The notes beneath the pieces were generated by a model. That model made no database searches. It was not told the origin of the DNA and worked only from the letters and a program-made list of their open reading frames with translations. The position numbers and the translations under genes were made by a program. From an uncultured Acidobacteriota bacterium (GTDB lineage: Bacteria; Acidobacteriota; Thermoanaerobaculia; Multivoradales; UBA5704): a stretch of 64,000 nucleotides of DNA. Shown here in pieces: positions 37,046 through 50,912 of the stretch. The stretch spans positions 3,936,001 through 4,000,000 of the forward strand of contig OY969474.1 in NCBI GenBank assembly GCA_963700145.1, in the 5' to 3' direction. The number at the start of each line of letters is the position of its first letter. Position 1 is the first letter of the stretch.

Positions 37046-38367
37046 GCCGCTTCCGCCCACACCCCTTGCCGCACCGCCCAGGCGAGGAGGTCCCCGCGCG
37101 CCCGCTCGGCGTAGGCCGCCCGCCGGTCGCCGCGGCGCGGCGCGTTGGGCAGCTCGGCGAAGAGGCCGTAGTTGACGTTGGCGGGCTGGAAGCGCCGGGG
37201 GTCGGACTCGGTCAGGTGGCGGGCGAGGGCGCCGAGCGCGGTCGTCGGCGGGAAGGGCTCGGGGGCGCGGCCGCCCGCGCGCTCGAGCGCCAGGTAGAGC
37301 CCGACCGCCAGCCCGGTGGCCGCCGATTCCAGGTACCCCTCGACGCCGGTGATCTGCCCGGCCAGGCGCACGCTCGGCGCGGTCTTGACCCGGTAGTGCG
37401 CGTCGAGGTGGGTGGGGGCGTTGATGAAGGTGTTGCGGTGGATCTGCCCGAGGCGCACGAAGCGGGCGCCCTCGAGCCCCGGGATCAGCCGCAGCACCCG
37501 CTCCTGGTCCCCCCAGCGCATGCGCGACTGGAAGCCCACCAGGTTGAACTGGCTCTTGGCCAGGTCCTCGCGCCGGAGCTGGACGACCGCCCACGGGCGG
37601 CGCCCGTCCGGGTCCCGGAGGCCGACGGGCTTCATCGGCCCATAGCGCAGGGTGTCGACGCCGCGGCGCGCCAGCTCCTCGATCGGGAGACACCCCTCGA
37701 AAAAGAGCGCCTTCTCGAAGTCGTGGAGGGGGAGGACTTCGGCCTCCATCACGGCGGCGTGGAAGGCGAGGTACTGCTCGCGGTCGAGCGGGGCGTTGAG
37801 GTAGTCGGCCCCTTCGCCCTTGTCGTAGCGCGACTGCCAGAAGAGCCGGCTCTCGTCGAGGCTCTCGCCGTCCACGATGGGGGCGATGGCGTCGTAGAAG
37901 TAGAGGTAGTCGCTGCCGAGGAGGGCCTGGAGGGCGGCGGCCATCGGCTCGGAGGTGAGGGGGCCGGTGGCGAGGACGACGTCGCCCTCGGGGATCGCCG
38001 TGACCTCCTCGCGCCGGATCGTCACCCGCGGGTGCGTCTCGAGGGCGCCGGTGACGAGGCGGGCGAAGCGGTCGCGATCGACGGCGAGGGCGCTCCCGGC
38101 CGGGACCGCCGCCGTCCGCGCGCTGGCGATGACCAGCGAGCCGAGCTGCTCCATCTCGCGCTTGAGCAGGCCGGCGGCGTGGAGCGGGTCGTCGCTGCGC
38201 AGCGAGTTGCTGCACACCAGCTCGGCGAGGTCGCCGGTCTTGTGCGCCGGGGTGCCCTTGACCGGCCGCATCTCGTGGAGCACCACGTCCACCCCCCGCT
38301 CGGCGAGCTGCCAGGCGCACTCCGCGCCGGCGAAGCCGCCGCCCACGATCTCGACCGGTGAGGGCAT
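37033..38367 (-). CDS. trmFO: Folate-dependent tRNA (uracil-5-)-methyltransferase
   Basis: GGGFAGAE, ELVCSNS, YFYDAIAPIV, FFEGCLPIE, GPMKPVGL, AGQITGVEGY. Confidence 0.96.
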   Translation of the reverse strand: MPSPVEIVGGGFAGAECAWQLAERGVDVVLHEMRPVKGTPAHKTGDLAELVCSNSLRSDDPLHAAGLLKREMEQLGSLVIASARTAAVPAGSALAVDRDRFARLVTGALETHPRVTIRREEVTAIPEGDVVLATGPLTSEPMAAALQALLGSDYLYFYDAIAPIVDGESLDESRLFWQSRYDKGEGADYLNAPLDREQYLAFHAAVMEAEVLPLHDFEKALFFEGCLPIEELARRGVDTLRYGPMKPVGLRDPDGRRPWAVVQLRREDLAKSQFNLVGFQSRMRWGDQERVLRLIPGLEGARFVRLGQIHRNTFINAPTHLDAHYRVKTAPSVRLAGQITGVEGYLESAATGLAVGLYLALERAGGRAPEPFPPTTALGALARHLTESDPRRFQPANVNYGLFAELPNAPRRGDRRAAYAERARGDLLAWAVRQGVWAEAACVG

Positions 38368-38385
38368 CGGAGCGATTATAGGGAC

Positions 38386-40104
38386 ATGAACGAGCCCGCC
38401 CGCCGCGCCCGCGCCGCTTCCCCCGCCCTCCTCCTCTGCGCCGCTCTCTTCGCCGCCTGCACCTCGACGCGCCCGCCGGAGGCCGCGCCGGAACGGCCGC
38501 CGGTGGCGGCGCCGGCCGCGCCGGCCGCGGCCGAGGCGCGTACCGCGATCCTCCTGGCGGTCAACGACGTCTACCGGATCGAGGGAGTCGAAGGGGGCGC
38601 GGTGGGGGGGCTGGCGCGGCTGCGCACTCTGCGCGAGGAGCTGGAGCGCGAGCGGCCCGACCTCCTCGTGCTCCACGCCGGCGACCTCCTCTTCCCGTCG
38701 CTGCTGTCGCGGGTCTACGCCGGCGAGCAGATGATCGACGTGATGAACCGCCTCGACGGCGACCCGGCCGCCTTCGACCCGCGGCTCTTCGCCGTCTTCG
38801 GCAACCACGAGTTCGACCGCGGCAAGGCGGCCGACGCGGCGATGCTCGACGAGCGGGTCGAGGAGTCGCAGTTCACCTGGGTGTCGAGCAACGTCGTCTT
38901 CGGCGGCGGGACGGAGCCGGCCGCGCCGGCGGTCGCCGCACCGAACCTGCGCTCCTCGGCCCTGGTCGAGAGCGGCGGTCTCAAGGTCGGCATCTTCGGC
39001 CTGACCATCGACTCGGCGAAGCCCGCCTACGTCGACCGCTTCCTCGAGCCGCTGGAGACCGCGCGCGCCGCGACCGCCGAGCTGCGCGCCGCCGGCGCCG
39101 AGGTCGTCGTCGCCCTCACCCACCTCGACTGGCGCGACGACGAGAAGATCCTCCAGACGCTCGGTGACGCCGGCCCGGACCTGGTCGTCGGCGGCCACGA
39201 CCACGAGCGGATGACCAAGTGGGTCGGCGGCCGCCTCCTCGCCAAGGCCGACGCCGACGCCCGCACCGCTTCGATCGCCCGCCTCACCCGCCACGCCGAC
39301 GGGCGCCTCTCCGTGGCGCAGGAGTTCCGCGCCCTCGACGAGCAGCACGCGCCCTCCGACCCGGAGGTGGACGCCGTCGTCACCGCATGGCTCGCGCGTC
39401 ACGAGCAGAAGGTTTGCGGCGACCTCCAGCTCCCCACGGGCTGCCTGGAGGAGGTGCTGGGGCGCACCCGCACCGACCTGGTGGGCGAGGAGACGGCGGT
39501 GCGCCGCGAGGAGACCTCGCTCGGCAACTTCGTCACCGACCAGATGGTCGCGGCGCTGGCCTCCTGCGGCGCGCAGGCGGCCTTCGTCAACTCCGGCACG
39601 CTGCGCCTCAACCAGGACCTGGCGGCCGGCTCCGAGATCACCCGCCGGTACCTCGAGGAGCTGTTCGGCTTCCCGACGCCGCTGCGGCTCATCCGCCTCG
39701 ACGGCGCCACCCTGGCGCAGGTGACGCAGCGCGCAATCGCCGGCTGGCCGGGGAAAGGGTCCTGGCTGCAGATCGCGGGCTTCGCTTTCGTCCACGACCC
39801 GGAGGCGGAGACGACCTCGCGGCTCACCCGCCTTGCCCCCGAGGGGGCGCGCCCGCTGCGGCCGGAGGAGGAGCTGCTCGTCGTGACCACCGACTTCCTG
39901 CTCGACCCGAGCAGCGGCCAGGACGGCTACACGATGCTCAAGCAGGAGATGGTGGTGCCCTGCGCCGCCGCCGGCGTCGACCTCAAGAAGGTGGTCGGGG
40001 AGGCGCTGGCCGCCGCCGAGCCGGAAGGGATCGCGCCGCGCGTCGAGGGACGGATCTGCCGCGCGCCGGTGACTGGCCCCTGCCTGGCAGTTCCGGCTCC
40101 CTAG
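38386..40104 (+). CDS. 5'-nucleotidase/metallophosphoesterase lipoprotein
   Basis: Lipobox FAAC; NDVY, AGD, GNHEFD, GGHDH, ETSLGNFVTD, NSGTLR. Confidence 0.9.
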   Translation: MNEPARRARAASPALLLCAALFAACTSTRPPEAAPERPPVAAPAAPAAAEARTAILLAVNDVYRIEGVEGGAVGGLARLRTLREELERERPDLLVLHAGDLLFPSLLSRVYAGEQMIDVMNRLDGDPAAFDPRLFAVFGNHEFDRGKAADAAMLDERVEESQFTWVSSNVVFGGGTEPAAPAVAAPNLRSSALVESGGLKVGIFGLTIDSAKPAYVDRFLEPLETARAATAELRAAGAEVVVALTHLDWRDDEKILQTLGDAGPDLVVGGHDHERMTKWVGGRLLAKADADARTASIARLTRHADGRLSVAQEFRALDEQHAPSDPEVDAVVTAWLARHEQKVCGDLQLPTGCLEEVLGRTRTDLVGEETAVRREETSLGNFVTDQMVAALASCGAQAAFVNSGTLRLNQDLAAGSEITRRYLEELFGFPTPLRLIRLDGATLAQVTQRAIAGWPGKGSWLQIAGFAFVHDPEAETTSRLTRLAPEGARPLRPEEELLVVTTDFLLDPSSGQDGYTMLKQEMVVPCAAAGVDLKKVVGEALAAAEPEGIAPRVEGRICRAPVTGPCLAVPAP

Positions 40105-40114
40105 CGAGGGCGCT

Positions 40115-40150
40115 CCCTCCCCCGCGCAGCGGGGGAGGGCCAGGGAGGGG
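40115..40150. repeat. Short REP-like hairpin between convergent genes
   Basis: CCCTCCCCCGC-GCA-GCGGGGGAGGG followed by CCAGGGAGGGG. Confidence 0.55.
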
Positions 40151-40207
40151 GTATCGAAGTCAATTGCCTTCGCGGGTGGGTGGGCAGAGGCAAGCCCTGA
40201 CGCACTC

Positions 40208-41083
40208 TTAAATTGTCGGCAGGAGGGGATCCCCGAGCGCGTCGTCCGGCCGCGTGAAGGCATCCGGCTCGGGAGTCACGAGCTCGAAGTTCGAGAACTT
40301 CACCGTCCCGTGCGGCTCGCCCTGCACGTCACCGTCCTTCCAGCCGTAGACGGTGAGCGTCGAGGGCAGGGTCACCCCGTCCACCGTCACCCAGTCGGAG
40401 AAGACGATGGCGCGCGGGTCGCGCTCGGCGTCGGCCAGCGACTTGCCATAGGCGTCGATAAAGGCCATCGCCGCCAGCCGGTTCGTCTCCGGGTCGCGGT
40501 AGGCGATCATCCAGTTGTCCGGCGTGTCCCCCGCCCCTTCGAGGAAGGTGAGGCGGGCCGCCGAGTAGGTCTTTCCCGCCAGCTCGCGCTCCCCCAGGTC
40601 CTCGAAACGCACGCCGGGATCGCGCAGCTTGAAGGGGGCGGCGAGGAAGTACGGCCAGGCGCGCAGGTGGTAGCGGGCGCGCTGGAAGTTGGAGGTCGAC
40701 GGCGACACCCAGGCGTCCTTGCCGTCGAAGACCAGGAGGGTGCCGTCCGAGAAGTCGTAGCGCGCGGCGGAGGAGTCGGTGCGGAAGAGCAGGGTCCCCT
40801 GGTTGCGCACCTTGCCGCCGAAGGTGGCGACCATGTCCGCGCTGAGCGCGCTCTTGGCGTTCCAGGCGTCCAGCCCGTGGGCCTGCTCGACCGGGGTGGC
40901 GAACTGCTGCGAGAAGGGATCGCTCGGCCGCGGCGGCGGCTCGGGGGCGGCGGCTTCCTGGGGCCCCTCGGCCCGCCGGCAGCCGGCCGCGAGGGTCAGG
41001 GCGAGCGGCGCGAGGAGGAGCAGGGCGAGCCCGCGGCGCTCCCGGCGGCAGGGGCGGAGGGCGGGCGGATTGGAAATGAGCAT
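40208..41083 (-). CDS. Putative lipoprotein (DUF6503-like)
   Basis: AGAGGAG RBS; AAGC lipobox; QAHGLDAW, YFLAAPFKLRDPGV, GDTPDNW. Confidence 0.7.
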   Translation of the reverse strand: MLISNPPALRPCRRERRGLALLLLAPLALTLAAGCRRAEGPQEAAAPEPPPRPSDPFSQQFATPVEQAHGLDAWNAKSALSADMVATFGGKVRNQGTLLFRTDSSAARYDFSDGTLLVFDGKDAWVSPSTSNFQRARYHLRAWPYFLAAPFKLRDPGVRFEDLGERELAGKTYSAARLTFLEGAGDTPDNWMIAYRDPETNRLAAMAFIDAYGKSLADAERDPRAIVFSDWVTVDGVTLPSTLTVYGWKDGDVQGEPHGTVKFSNFELVTPEPDAFTRPDDALGDPLLPTI

Positions 41084-41230
41084 GTCCAAGGGTCTCCTCT
41101 CGAAACGGCGCGAAACGATATCAGAGGGGCGTACGGAGGCGCCCTCGGGGCCGTCGCGGCGAGGGCGCCTGGCTCCGGCTGGCACCCATGCTGCACGTGC
41201 TAAGCTCGTCCGGCTTCCGAGGAGGACTCG

Positions 41231-41617
41231 ATGCGCACTTTCCGCCTCGCCTCCATTGTTCTCACCGCCGCCCTGCCGCTCCTCGCCGCCTGTTCGTCGG
41301 AGCCCAAACCCCTGCAGGTGACCTACTACTACGAGCCCGGCTGCGAGGCCTGCAACAGCGTCAAGCCCGACGTCCAGGCCCTCGAGCAGGAGTTCCCCGG
41401 CCGCGTCGAGGTCGCGCTCGTCAGCGCCGAGGAGGACGCGGCGCGCGAGGACGTCCGCCGGCTGGAGTTCCGCAGCCAGGGCCTGGTCGTGCGCGACTTC
41501 CGCGGCGCCGTGCTGATCAAGCAGGCCGATCACAACGTCAACCTGGAGGAGGTCCGCGCCACGCTGCAGCAGGCCCTGGGCGAGAGCGCCGCCGAGGACG
41601 CCGAAGGCGCCGGCTAG
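41231..41617 (+). CDS. Thioredoxin-like lipoprotein
   Basis: LAAC lipobox; YYEPGCEAC CxxC motif. Confidence 0.75.
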   Translation: MRTFRLASIVLTAALPLLAACSSEPKPLQVTYYYEPGCEACNSVKPDVQALEQEFPGRVEVALVSAEEDAAREDVRRLEFRSQGLVVRDFRGAVLIKQADHNVNLEEVRATLQQALGESAAEDAEGAG

Positions 41618-41708
41618 CCCGGTCCGTCCCCTTTCCCGCGCCCCCGACGCGGCGTAGCGCCCTTCCGCCCGGAAGGGCCGCCGGGGGAGCGGGCGTTACA
41701 CTGCCTTG

Positions 41709-45211
<3,503 letters not shown>

Positions 45212-45215
<4 letters not shown>

Positions 45216-46081
45216 CGGGGAGGAAGAAAGAAGCGTGTCGTCGAGGGTTCCGGTGTGGGGGCGCGCTCCTCGTTCTGCTCGCCGCGGCCTGCGGGCGGGA
45301 GGAGCCCATCGGTCCGGACGTGGTGGCGCGGATCGGGGGAGTGGAAGTGCGGTACGCGGAGTTCGAGCGGGCGGTGGCGCGGACGGTGGGGGACGACGAG
45401 GGGGTGCTGGGGAGCGACGTGCTGTCGCGGCTCTTCGACCAGTTTCTGGACGAGGAGCTGCTGGCGCGGCTGGCCGCCGAGCGCGGGCTGCCGGCGGCGA
45501 GCCGGCGGGCCGCCGTGGACGCGCTGCTGCGCGAGGGGCCGGCGCCGCCGGTGGGGGAGCGGGAGGTGCGCGGCTACTACGAGGCCCACCGCGACGAGTT
45601 CTCGCGCCCCGAGCGGGTGCGCCTGCGGCAGATCCTGGTCGAGGAGCGCGCCGACGCCGAGCGGGCGCGCGCCGAGGTGCTCGGCGGCGCCGACTTCGCC
45701 GAGGTGGCGACGCGGGTGTCGCGCGACCCGAGCGCGGCGCGCGGCGGGCTCCAGGGCGAGCTCTCGCGCCAGGACCTGCCGGCGTCCTTCGCCGCCGCCA
45801 TCTTCGGCCTCGGCGAGGGGGAGGTGAGCGCGATCGTCCCGGCGGACTACGGCTTCCACCTCTTCCAGGTGGTCGAGCGGCTGCCGGCCGAGGTGGTGCC
45901 GCTCGCGGCCGCCCGCCCTGAGATCGTCCGCCGCCTGCGCCGCGCGCGGGCCGACCGCCGGCTCGCGGCGCTGGTCGAAGAGGCCCGCGACCGCTACACT
46001 GTCGCGGTCTACGAGCGGAACCTGCCGTTCCATTACGAAGGGACCTACAGTGCATCGCAAGACACGCCGCCTGACCGCTAG
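45212..46081 (+). CDS. Parvulin-type peptidyl-prolyl isomerase lipoprotein
   Basis: AAAC lipobox; RLRQILV, SRDPSAARGG, YGFHLF. Confidence 0.88.
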
Positions 46082-47291
46082 CCGCGTCCTCGTCCTCGGC
46101 CTCGCCGCCTTCCCCTGCTGCGCCTCGGCGCCCGCCGGGGCCGCCGAGCTCAACCGCATCGTGCTGCGGGTCAACGACCGCATCGCCACCCTGCGCGATT
46201 ACGAGGAGCGGCGCGCCGGCCTCCTCGGGGAGCTGCAGCGGCGCGAGCTCGACCCCGAGGAGCGGCGCCGGCTCCTCGTGGAGGCGCCGGAAGCGATCTT
46301 CAACGAGCTCTTCCAGGAGCTCCTCCTGCAGTCGCGCGGCGACCAGCTCGGAGTCGAGGTGCCGGAGGAGCGGGTGGACGACACGCTGGCGCGGATGAAG
46401 GAGGGGTACGGCATCACGAGCGACGCCGAGTTCCAGCAGGCGCTGGCGACCTCGGGGATGACCGAGCAGGCGCTGCGCGCCCAGATGCGGCGCAACCTGC
46501 GCATGCGCGAGGTCATGCAGCGCGAGGTGCAGGAGCGGGTCCTCGTCTCCGAGGAGGACCTGCGCCGGATCTACGGCCAGAAGCCCGACAGCTACCGCCT
46601 CCCCGAGCAGCGGCGGCTGCGCGAGGTGGTGGTGCTCGACACCAGCGGCCGCAGCGAGGAGGAGCGGCGGCGCATCGCCGAAGAGGTCCGGCAGGAGCTG
46701 GCCAAGGGCGAGCCGGTGTCGGAGCGGATCGCCGGCTGGGCCGCCGAGGGGGTGACGAGCAACGTCATCGACCTCGGCTGGGTGACGGCCGGCGACCTGG
46801 CGAGCGACCTCGAGGCGGCCGCCCGCGCCCTCCAGGCCGGCGAGGTGAGCCAGCCGATCTCCGGCCGCGGCGGCCTCCACGTGATCCACCTCCTCGAGGT
46901 GCGCGCGCCGCGGGTGCAGAGCTTCGCCGAGGTCGAGGCACAGCTCCGCGAGCAGGAAGAGGACCGCCGCTACCGCCAGGAGGTCGGCAAGTACATGCAG
47001 GAGCTGCAGGAAGCTTCCTACATCGTGGCCAAGCCGCCGGCCGAGGCCGCGGGCTTCCGCCGCCGCCTGGGCGAAGGGTTGCCCGAAGAGGTGCTGGAGA
47101 GCGGCGCGCCGCCCGCCGAGAGCACGGCGCCCGTCGAGTTGCCGGAAGGGATCGCGCCGACCGGCAAGCCGGAGCCCGGCGATCCCGGCCAACTGCCGAT
47201 CGCCAGCCGACCGACCCGCAGACGCCGGACGAACCGCCGGCGCATTGAATCGATCACGGTTTCCGCGCGACCAGCGTACAAGCGTAACTAA
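46050..47291 (+). CDS. SurA-like chaperone/PPIase
   Basis: NRIVLRVNDRI SurA-N domain; DLGWV, GEVSQPI, GLHVI. Confidence 0.85.
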   Translation: MHRKTRRLTASRVLVLGLAAFPCCASAPAGAAELNRIVLRVNDRIATLRDYEERRAGLLGELQRRELDPEERRRLLVEAPEAIFNELFQELLLQSRGDQLGVEVPEERVDDTLARMKEGYGITSDAEFQQALATSGMTEQALRAQMRRNLRMREVMQREVQERVLVSEEDLRRIYGQKPDSYRLPEQRRLREVVVLDTSGRSEEERRRIAEEVRQELAKGEPVSERIAGWAAEGVTSNVIDLGWVTAGDLASDLEAAARALQAGEVSQPISGRGGLHVIHLLEVRAPRVQSFAEVEAQLREQEEDRRYRQEVGKYMQELQEASYIVAKPPAEAAGFRRRLGEGLPEEVLESGAPPAESTAPVELPEGIAPTGKPEPGDPGQLPIASRPTRRRRTNRRRIESITVSARPAYKRN

Positions 47292-47355
47292 AACGTAAAT
47301 ACCAGCCAACGCGCAAACGCCGGCCAGGCCGGCGTTTGCGAACCGTGCCGTCGCG

Positions 47356-47396
47356 GTGGAAATCTGTGGAAAAAAATGGACAAAAGTGGGTTGACT
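47356..47396 (+). promoter_or_regulatory. MraZ-binding repeats plus -35 box of the dcw promoter
   Basis: [G/A]TGG at 47356, 47366, 47376, 47386 (10-bp period), followed by TTGACT. Confidence 0.75.
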
Positions 47397-47444
47397 TGGT
47401 ACGATCCCGCCTCAGCAGTCCACTGACAGAGGTTTGTCACAACT

Positions 47445-47891
47445 ATGTTTCGCGGCAGCGCACCTGCGAAGGTCGACGAGAAGGGGCGTCTCAAGGTCCC
47501 GACGGATTTCCGTCGCTTCCTCGAGGACCGCTTCGGCCCCGACCTCTTCGTCACCTCCCTCCTGGGGGACTCTGTCCTCCTCTTCCCGCTGCCCGTCTGG
47601 GAGGAGATCGAGAGCCGCCTCGCCGCGGTCCCCTCGACCGACCGCGCCAAGACCAAGTACCTCGAGCGGGTCAGCTACTTCGGCCAGCAGGTGCGTCTCG
47701 ACGGCCAGGGGCGGTTGGTCATCCCGCAGCTCCTGCGCGAGAGCGCCGGCATGAGCGCCGACGTGGAGGTGGTGGTGAGCGCGCGGATCGACCACCTCGT
47801 CGTCTGGAACCGGGAGCGCTTCACCCGCCGCCTCGAAGAGCAGCCCTTCACCGAGGACGACTTCCGCGCCCTGACCGAGCGCGGGATCTGA
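47445..47891 (+). CDS. mraZ: Division/cell wall cluster regulator MraZ
   Basis: MFRG...VDEKGRL, LDGQGRLVIP. Confidence 0.95.
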   Translation: MFRGSAPAKVDEKGRLKVPTDFRRFLEDRFGPDLFVTSLLGDSVLLFPLPVWEEIESRLAAVPSTDRAKTKYLERVSYFGQQVRLDGQGRLVIPQLLRESAGMSADVEVVVSARIDHLVVWNRERFTRRLEEQPFTEDDFRALTERGI

Positions 47892-47892
47892 C

Positions 47893-48822
47893 TTGGATGG
47901 GCGGCACACCCCTGTCCTGCTCGTCGAGAGCCTGGAGCTGCTGGCGCCGGCGCGCGGCGGCCTCTTCGTCGACGCCACGGTCGGGCTCGGCGGTCACGCC
48001 GAGGCCCTCCTCCGCGCCGCGCCCGCCGCTTCGCTCCTCGGCATCGACCGCGACCCCGAGGCCCTGGCGCACGCGGCCGAGCGGCTGGCCCCTTTCGGCG
48101 ACCGCGTGCGGCTCGTCGAAGGGGACTTCCACGACCTGGCCGAGGTCGCGGCGCGGGCCGGCGTCGAGCGCGCCGCCGGCTTCCTCGCCGACCTCGGCGT
48201 CTCCTCCCTGCAGCTCGACACCCCCGAGCGGGGCTTCAGCTTCCGCTTCGACGCCCCGCTCGACATGCGCATGGGCCGCCGCGGAGAGACCGCGGCGGAC
48301 CTCCTGAACCGCAGCTCGGAGGCCGACTTGGAGAAGACCCTGAGGGAGTACGGCGAAGAGCGGCAGGCGCGGCGGATCGCCCGGGCCATCGTGGCGGCCC
48401 GGGCCGAGGAGCCGATCGCCACCACCGGCCAGCTCAAGGGGCTGATCGAACGGGTCAAGAGGCGGGAGCCGGGAGAGCGCGAAGGTCGGGTCGACCCGGC
48501 GACGCGCGTCTTCCAGGCGCTGCGCATCGCCGTCAACCGCGAGCTCGCGGGGCTGGGCGAGGCGATCGAGCAGGCGGTGCGGCTGCTGGAGCAGGGGGGG
48601 AGGCTGGTGGTCATCTCCTACCACAGCCTCGAGGACCGCATCGTCAAGAACACGCTGCGCGACCTGGCGCGCGGCGAGATCGACCAGGTTACCGGCCGCC
48701 CGCACACGGAGACCCAGGCGATCGAGGTGCTGACCAAGAAGCCGGTGCGCCCGAGCGAGGAAGAGGTGGCGTTCAACCCGCGCGCCCGCTCGGCCCGGTT
48801 GCGCGCGGCGCGCCGGATCTAG
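47893..48822 (+). CDS. rsmH: 16S rRNA m4C1402 methyltransferase
   Basis: HTPVLL, DATVGLGGH, DLGVSS, RGFSF, SYHSLEDR, NPRARSA. Confidence 0.96.
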   Translation: MDGRHTPVLLVESLELLAPARGGLFVDATVGLGGHAEALLRAAPAASLLGIDRDPEALAHAAERLAPFGDRVRLVEGDFHDLAEVAARAGVERAAGFLADLGVSSLQLDTPERGFSFRFDAPLDMRMGRRGETAADLLNRSSEADLEKTLREYGEERQARRIARAIVAARAEEPIATTGQLKGLIERVKRREPGEREGRVDPATRVFQALRIAVNRELAGLGEAIEQAVRLLEQGGRLVVISYHSLEDRIVKNTLRDLARGEIDQVTGRPHTETQAIEVLTKKPVRPSEEEVAFNPRARSARLRAARRI

Positions 48823-48836
48823 GAGCCCGCCGCGCC

Positions 48837-49181
48837 GTGAAGACCGCCTACGCCGTCCATCGCCCGGTGGCCAACAGCTACCTGGTGCGCGAGCGCGACC
48901 GCCGGCGGGTGCGCGAGCTGGCGGTCGTCCTCGTCGCCGTCGGCTGCCTCGGCGGCGGGCTCCTCGCCTACACCTGGATCCACGCCGAGCTGCTGCGCGC
49001 CGGCTACCGCATCGACGAGCTGGAGCGCCGCCAGGAGGAGCTGCAGCGCCTCGAGCGGCAGCTCCTGCTCGAGGCCTCCTACCTCGCCAGCCCGCAGCGC
49101 GTCGAGCGCCGCGCGGTCGACGAGCTGGGGATGCAGCCGCCGGCGATCGAGCAGGTCCTCTTCTGGGAGGAGCTGCGGTGA
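48837..49181 (+). CDS. ftsL: Cell division protein FtsL
   Basis: Single TM plus coiled coil, LASPQRVERRA; position in the cluster. Confidence 0.85.
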   Translation: MKTAYAVHRPVANSYLVRERDRRRVRELAVVLVAVGCLGGGLLAYTWIHAELLRAGYRIDELERRQEELQRLERQLLLEASYLASPQRVERRAVDELGMQPPAIEQVLFWEELR

Positions 49182-50902
49182 AGGGGCGCCTGCTCTTCGT
49201 CGCCCTCTTCCTCGGCGGCTGGACGGCGGCCATCGCCGGGCGCCTCTACGTCCTCCAGGTCGTCCGCCACGACGCCTACGTCGAGCGCGCCGCCGAGCAG
49301 CAGCAGCGGGTGCTCGAGCTGACGCCGGCGCGCGGCACCATCTACGACGCCCGCGGCCGCGAGCTGGCGGTCTCCGTGCAGGTCGACTCCGCCTACGTCG
49401 ACCCGCGCCAGGTGCGCGATCCGGACGCCCTCGCCCGCGAGCTCGCCGCGGTCCTCGGCGCCGACGCCGCGAAGCTCCGCCGCCAGCTCGACGCCGACAG
49501 CGAGTTCGTCTGGATCGCGCGCCAGCTCGACCCGCCGATCGCCGAGGAGCTGCGGCGCCGCGCTCTGCCCGGCCTGCACTTCGTCGAGGAGAGCAAGCGT
49601 TACTACCCGATGCGCGAGCTGGCGGCGCAGGTGCTCGGCTACGCCGGCGTCGACAACCAGGGGCTCGCCGGCCTCGAGCTGGTCTACGACGAGGTGGTGG
49701 CGGGGCGGAAGGGGGAGCGCACCGTGCTGCGCGACGCGCGGCGCGACACCGTGGTGGCGCCGCACCTCGCGGTCTCGGCCGCCGAGCCGGGGCGCGACCT
49801 CCACCTCACGCTCGACGCCACCATCCAGCACATCGTCGAGCGCGAGCTGGCGCGCGCCGTCGAGGAGCGCGGGGCGAAGCAGGGGACGGCGGTCTTCCTC
49901 GACCCGGCGACCGGCGCCGTGCTGGCGATGGCCACCTACCCGGGATTCGATCCCAACGAGTTCGCGCGCGTCCAGCCGAGCCGCTGGCGCAATCGCGCGA
50001 TCACGGACGTCTACGAGCCGGGCTCCACCTTCAAGGTGGTCACCGCCGCCGCGGCGCTGAAGGCCGGGCTGGTGGCGCCCGAGGACCCCTTCGAGTGCGA
50101 GATGGGCGGCATCACGCTCGCCGGCATCCGCATCCGCGACCACAAGCCGTTCGGGCGCCTGACCTTTGCCGAGGTGCTCGAGAAGTCGAGCAACGTCGGG
50201 ATGATCAAGACGGCACTGCTGCTGGGCGACCAGCGCCTGCACGCGACGGTCACGGCCTTCGGCTTCGGCAAGCCCACCGGCGTCGACCTGCCGGGGGAGA
50301 GCCCGGGAATCCTCCATCCGCTCGCGCAGTGGCGGCCGCTGACCAAGGCCTACCTCTCCTTCGGCCAGGGGATCGCGGTGACGCCGCTGCAGCTCGCCGC
50401 GGCGGTGGGCGCGATCGCCAACGGCGGCACGCTGGCGAGGCCGCACGTCGTGGCGGCGCTCGGCGGCGACGGCGAGAGCCATCCGCGGCCGCCGGTCGTC
50501 GGGCACCCGTTGGACGAACGCTCGGCGGCGACGCTGCGCGCGGTGCTCGAAGGGGTCGTGACCCACGGTACCGGGAAGGGTGCGGCGGTGCCCGGCTACC
50601 GGGTGGCGGGCAAGACCGGCACGGCGCAGAAGGCGGTGGCCGGCGGCTACTCGCGCAGCGGCTACGTGCCGAGCTTCGTCGGCTTCGCGCCGGTCGAGCG
50701 GCCGGTGCTGGTCGGTGTGGTGGCGGTGGACGAGCCGGCCGGCTGGGAGTACCACGGCGGGCAGGTGGCGGCGCCGCTCTTCGGCGCCATCGCCCGACAG
50801 GTGCTGCTCTACATGGGGGTGCGCCCGGACCGCGAGCCGCCGGCGCTCTGGCCGGGGGAGGTGCCGCCGCCAGCGCCTCCGTTCACGGGCGAGGCCATCT
50901 GA
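49178..50902 (+). CDS. ftsI: Class B penicillin-binding protein FtsI
   Basis: RGTIYD, RYYP, GLE, EPGSTFK, SSN, KTGT. Confidence 0.93.
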   Translation: MKGRLLFVALFLGGWTAAIAGRLYVLQVVRHDAYVERAAEQQQRVLELTPARGTIYDARGRELAVSVQVDSAYVDPRQVRDPDALARELAAVLGADAAKLRRQLDADSEFVWIARQLDPPIAEELRRRALPGLHFVEESKRYYPMRELAAQVLGYAGVDNQGLAGLELVYDEVVAGRKGERTVLRDARRDTVVAPHLAVSAAEPGRDLHLTLDATIQHIVERELARAVEERGAKQGTAVFLDPATGAVLAMATYPGFDPNEFARVQPSRWRNRAITDVYEPGSTFKVVTAAAALKAGLVAPEDPFECEMGGITLAGIRIRDHKPFGRLTFAEVLEKSSNVGMIKTALLLGDQRLHATVTAFGFGKPTGVDLPGESPGILHPLAQWRPLTKAYLSFGQGIAVTPLQLAAAVGAIANGGTLARPHVVAALGGDGESHPRPPVVGHPLDERSAATLRAVLEGVVTHGTGKGAAVPGYRVAGKTGTAQKAVAGGYSRSGYVPSFVGFAPVERPVLVGVVAVDEPAGWEYHGGQVAAPLFGAIARQVLLYMGVRPDREPPALWPGEVPPPAPPFTGEAI

Positions 50903-50912
50903 GGTCGTGGAC

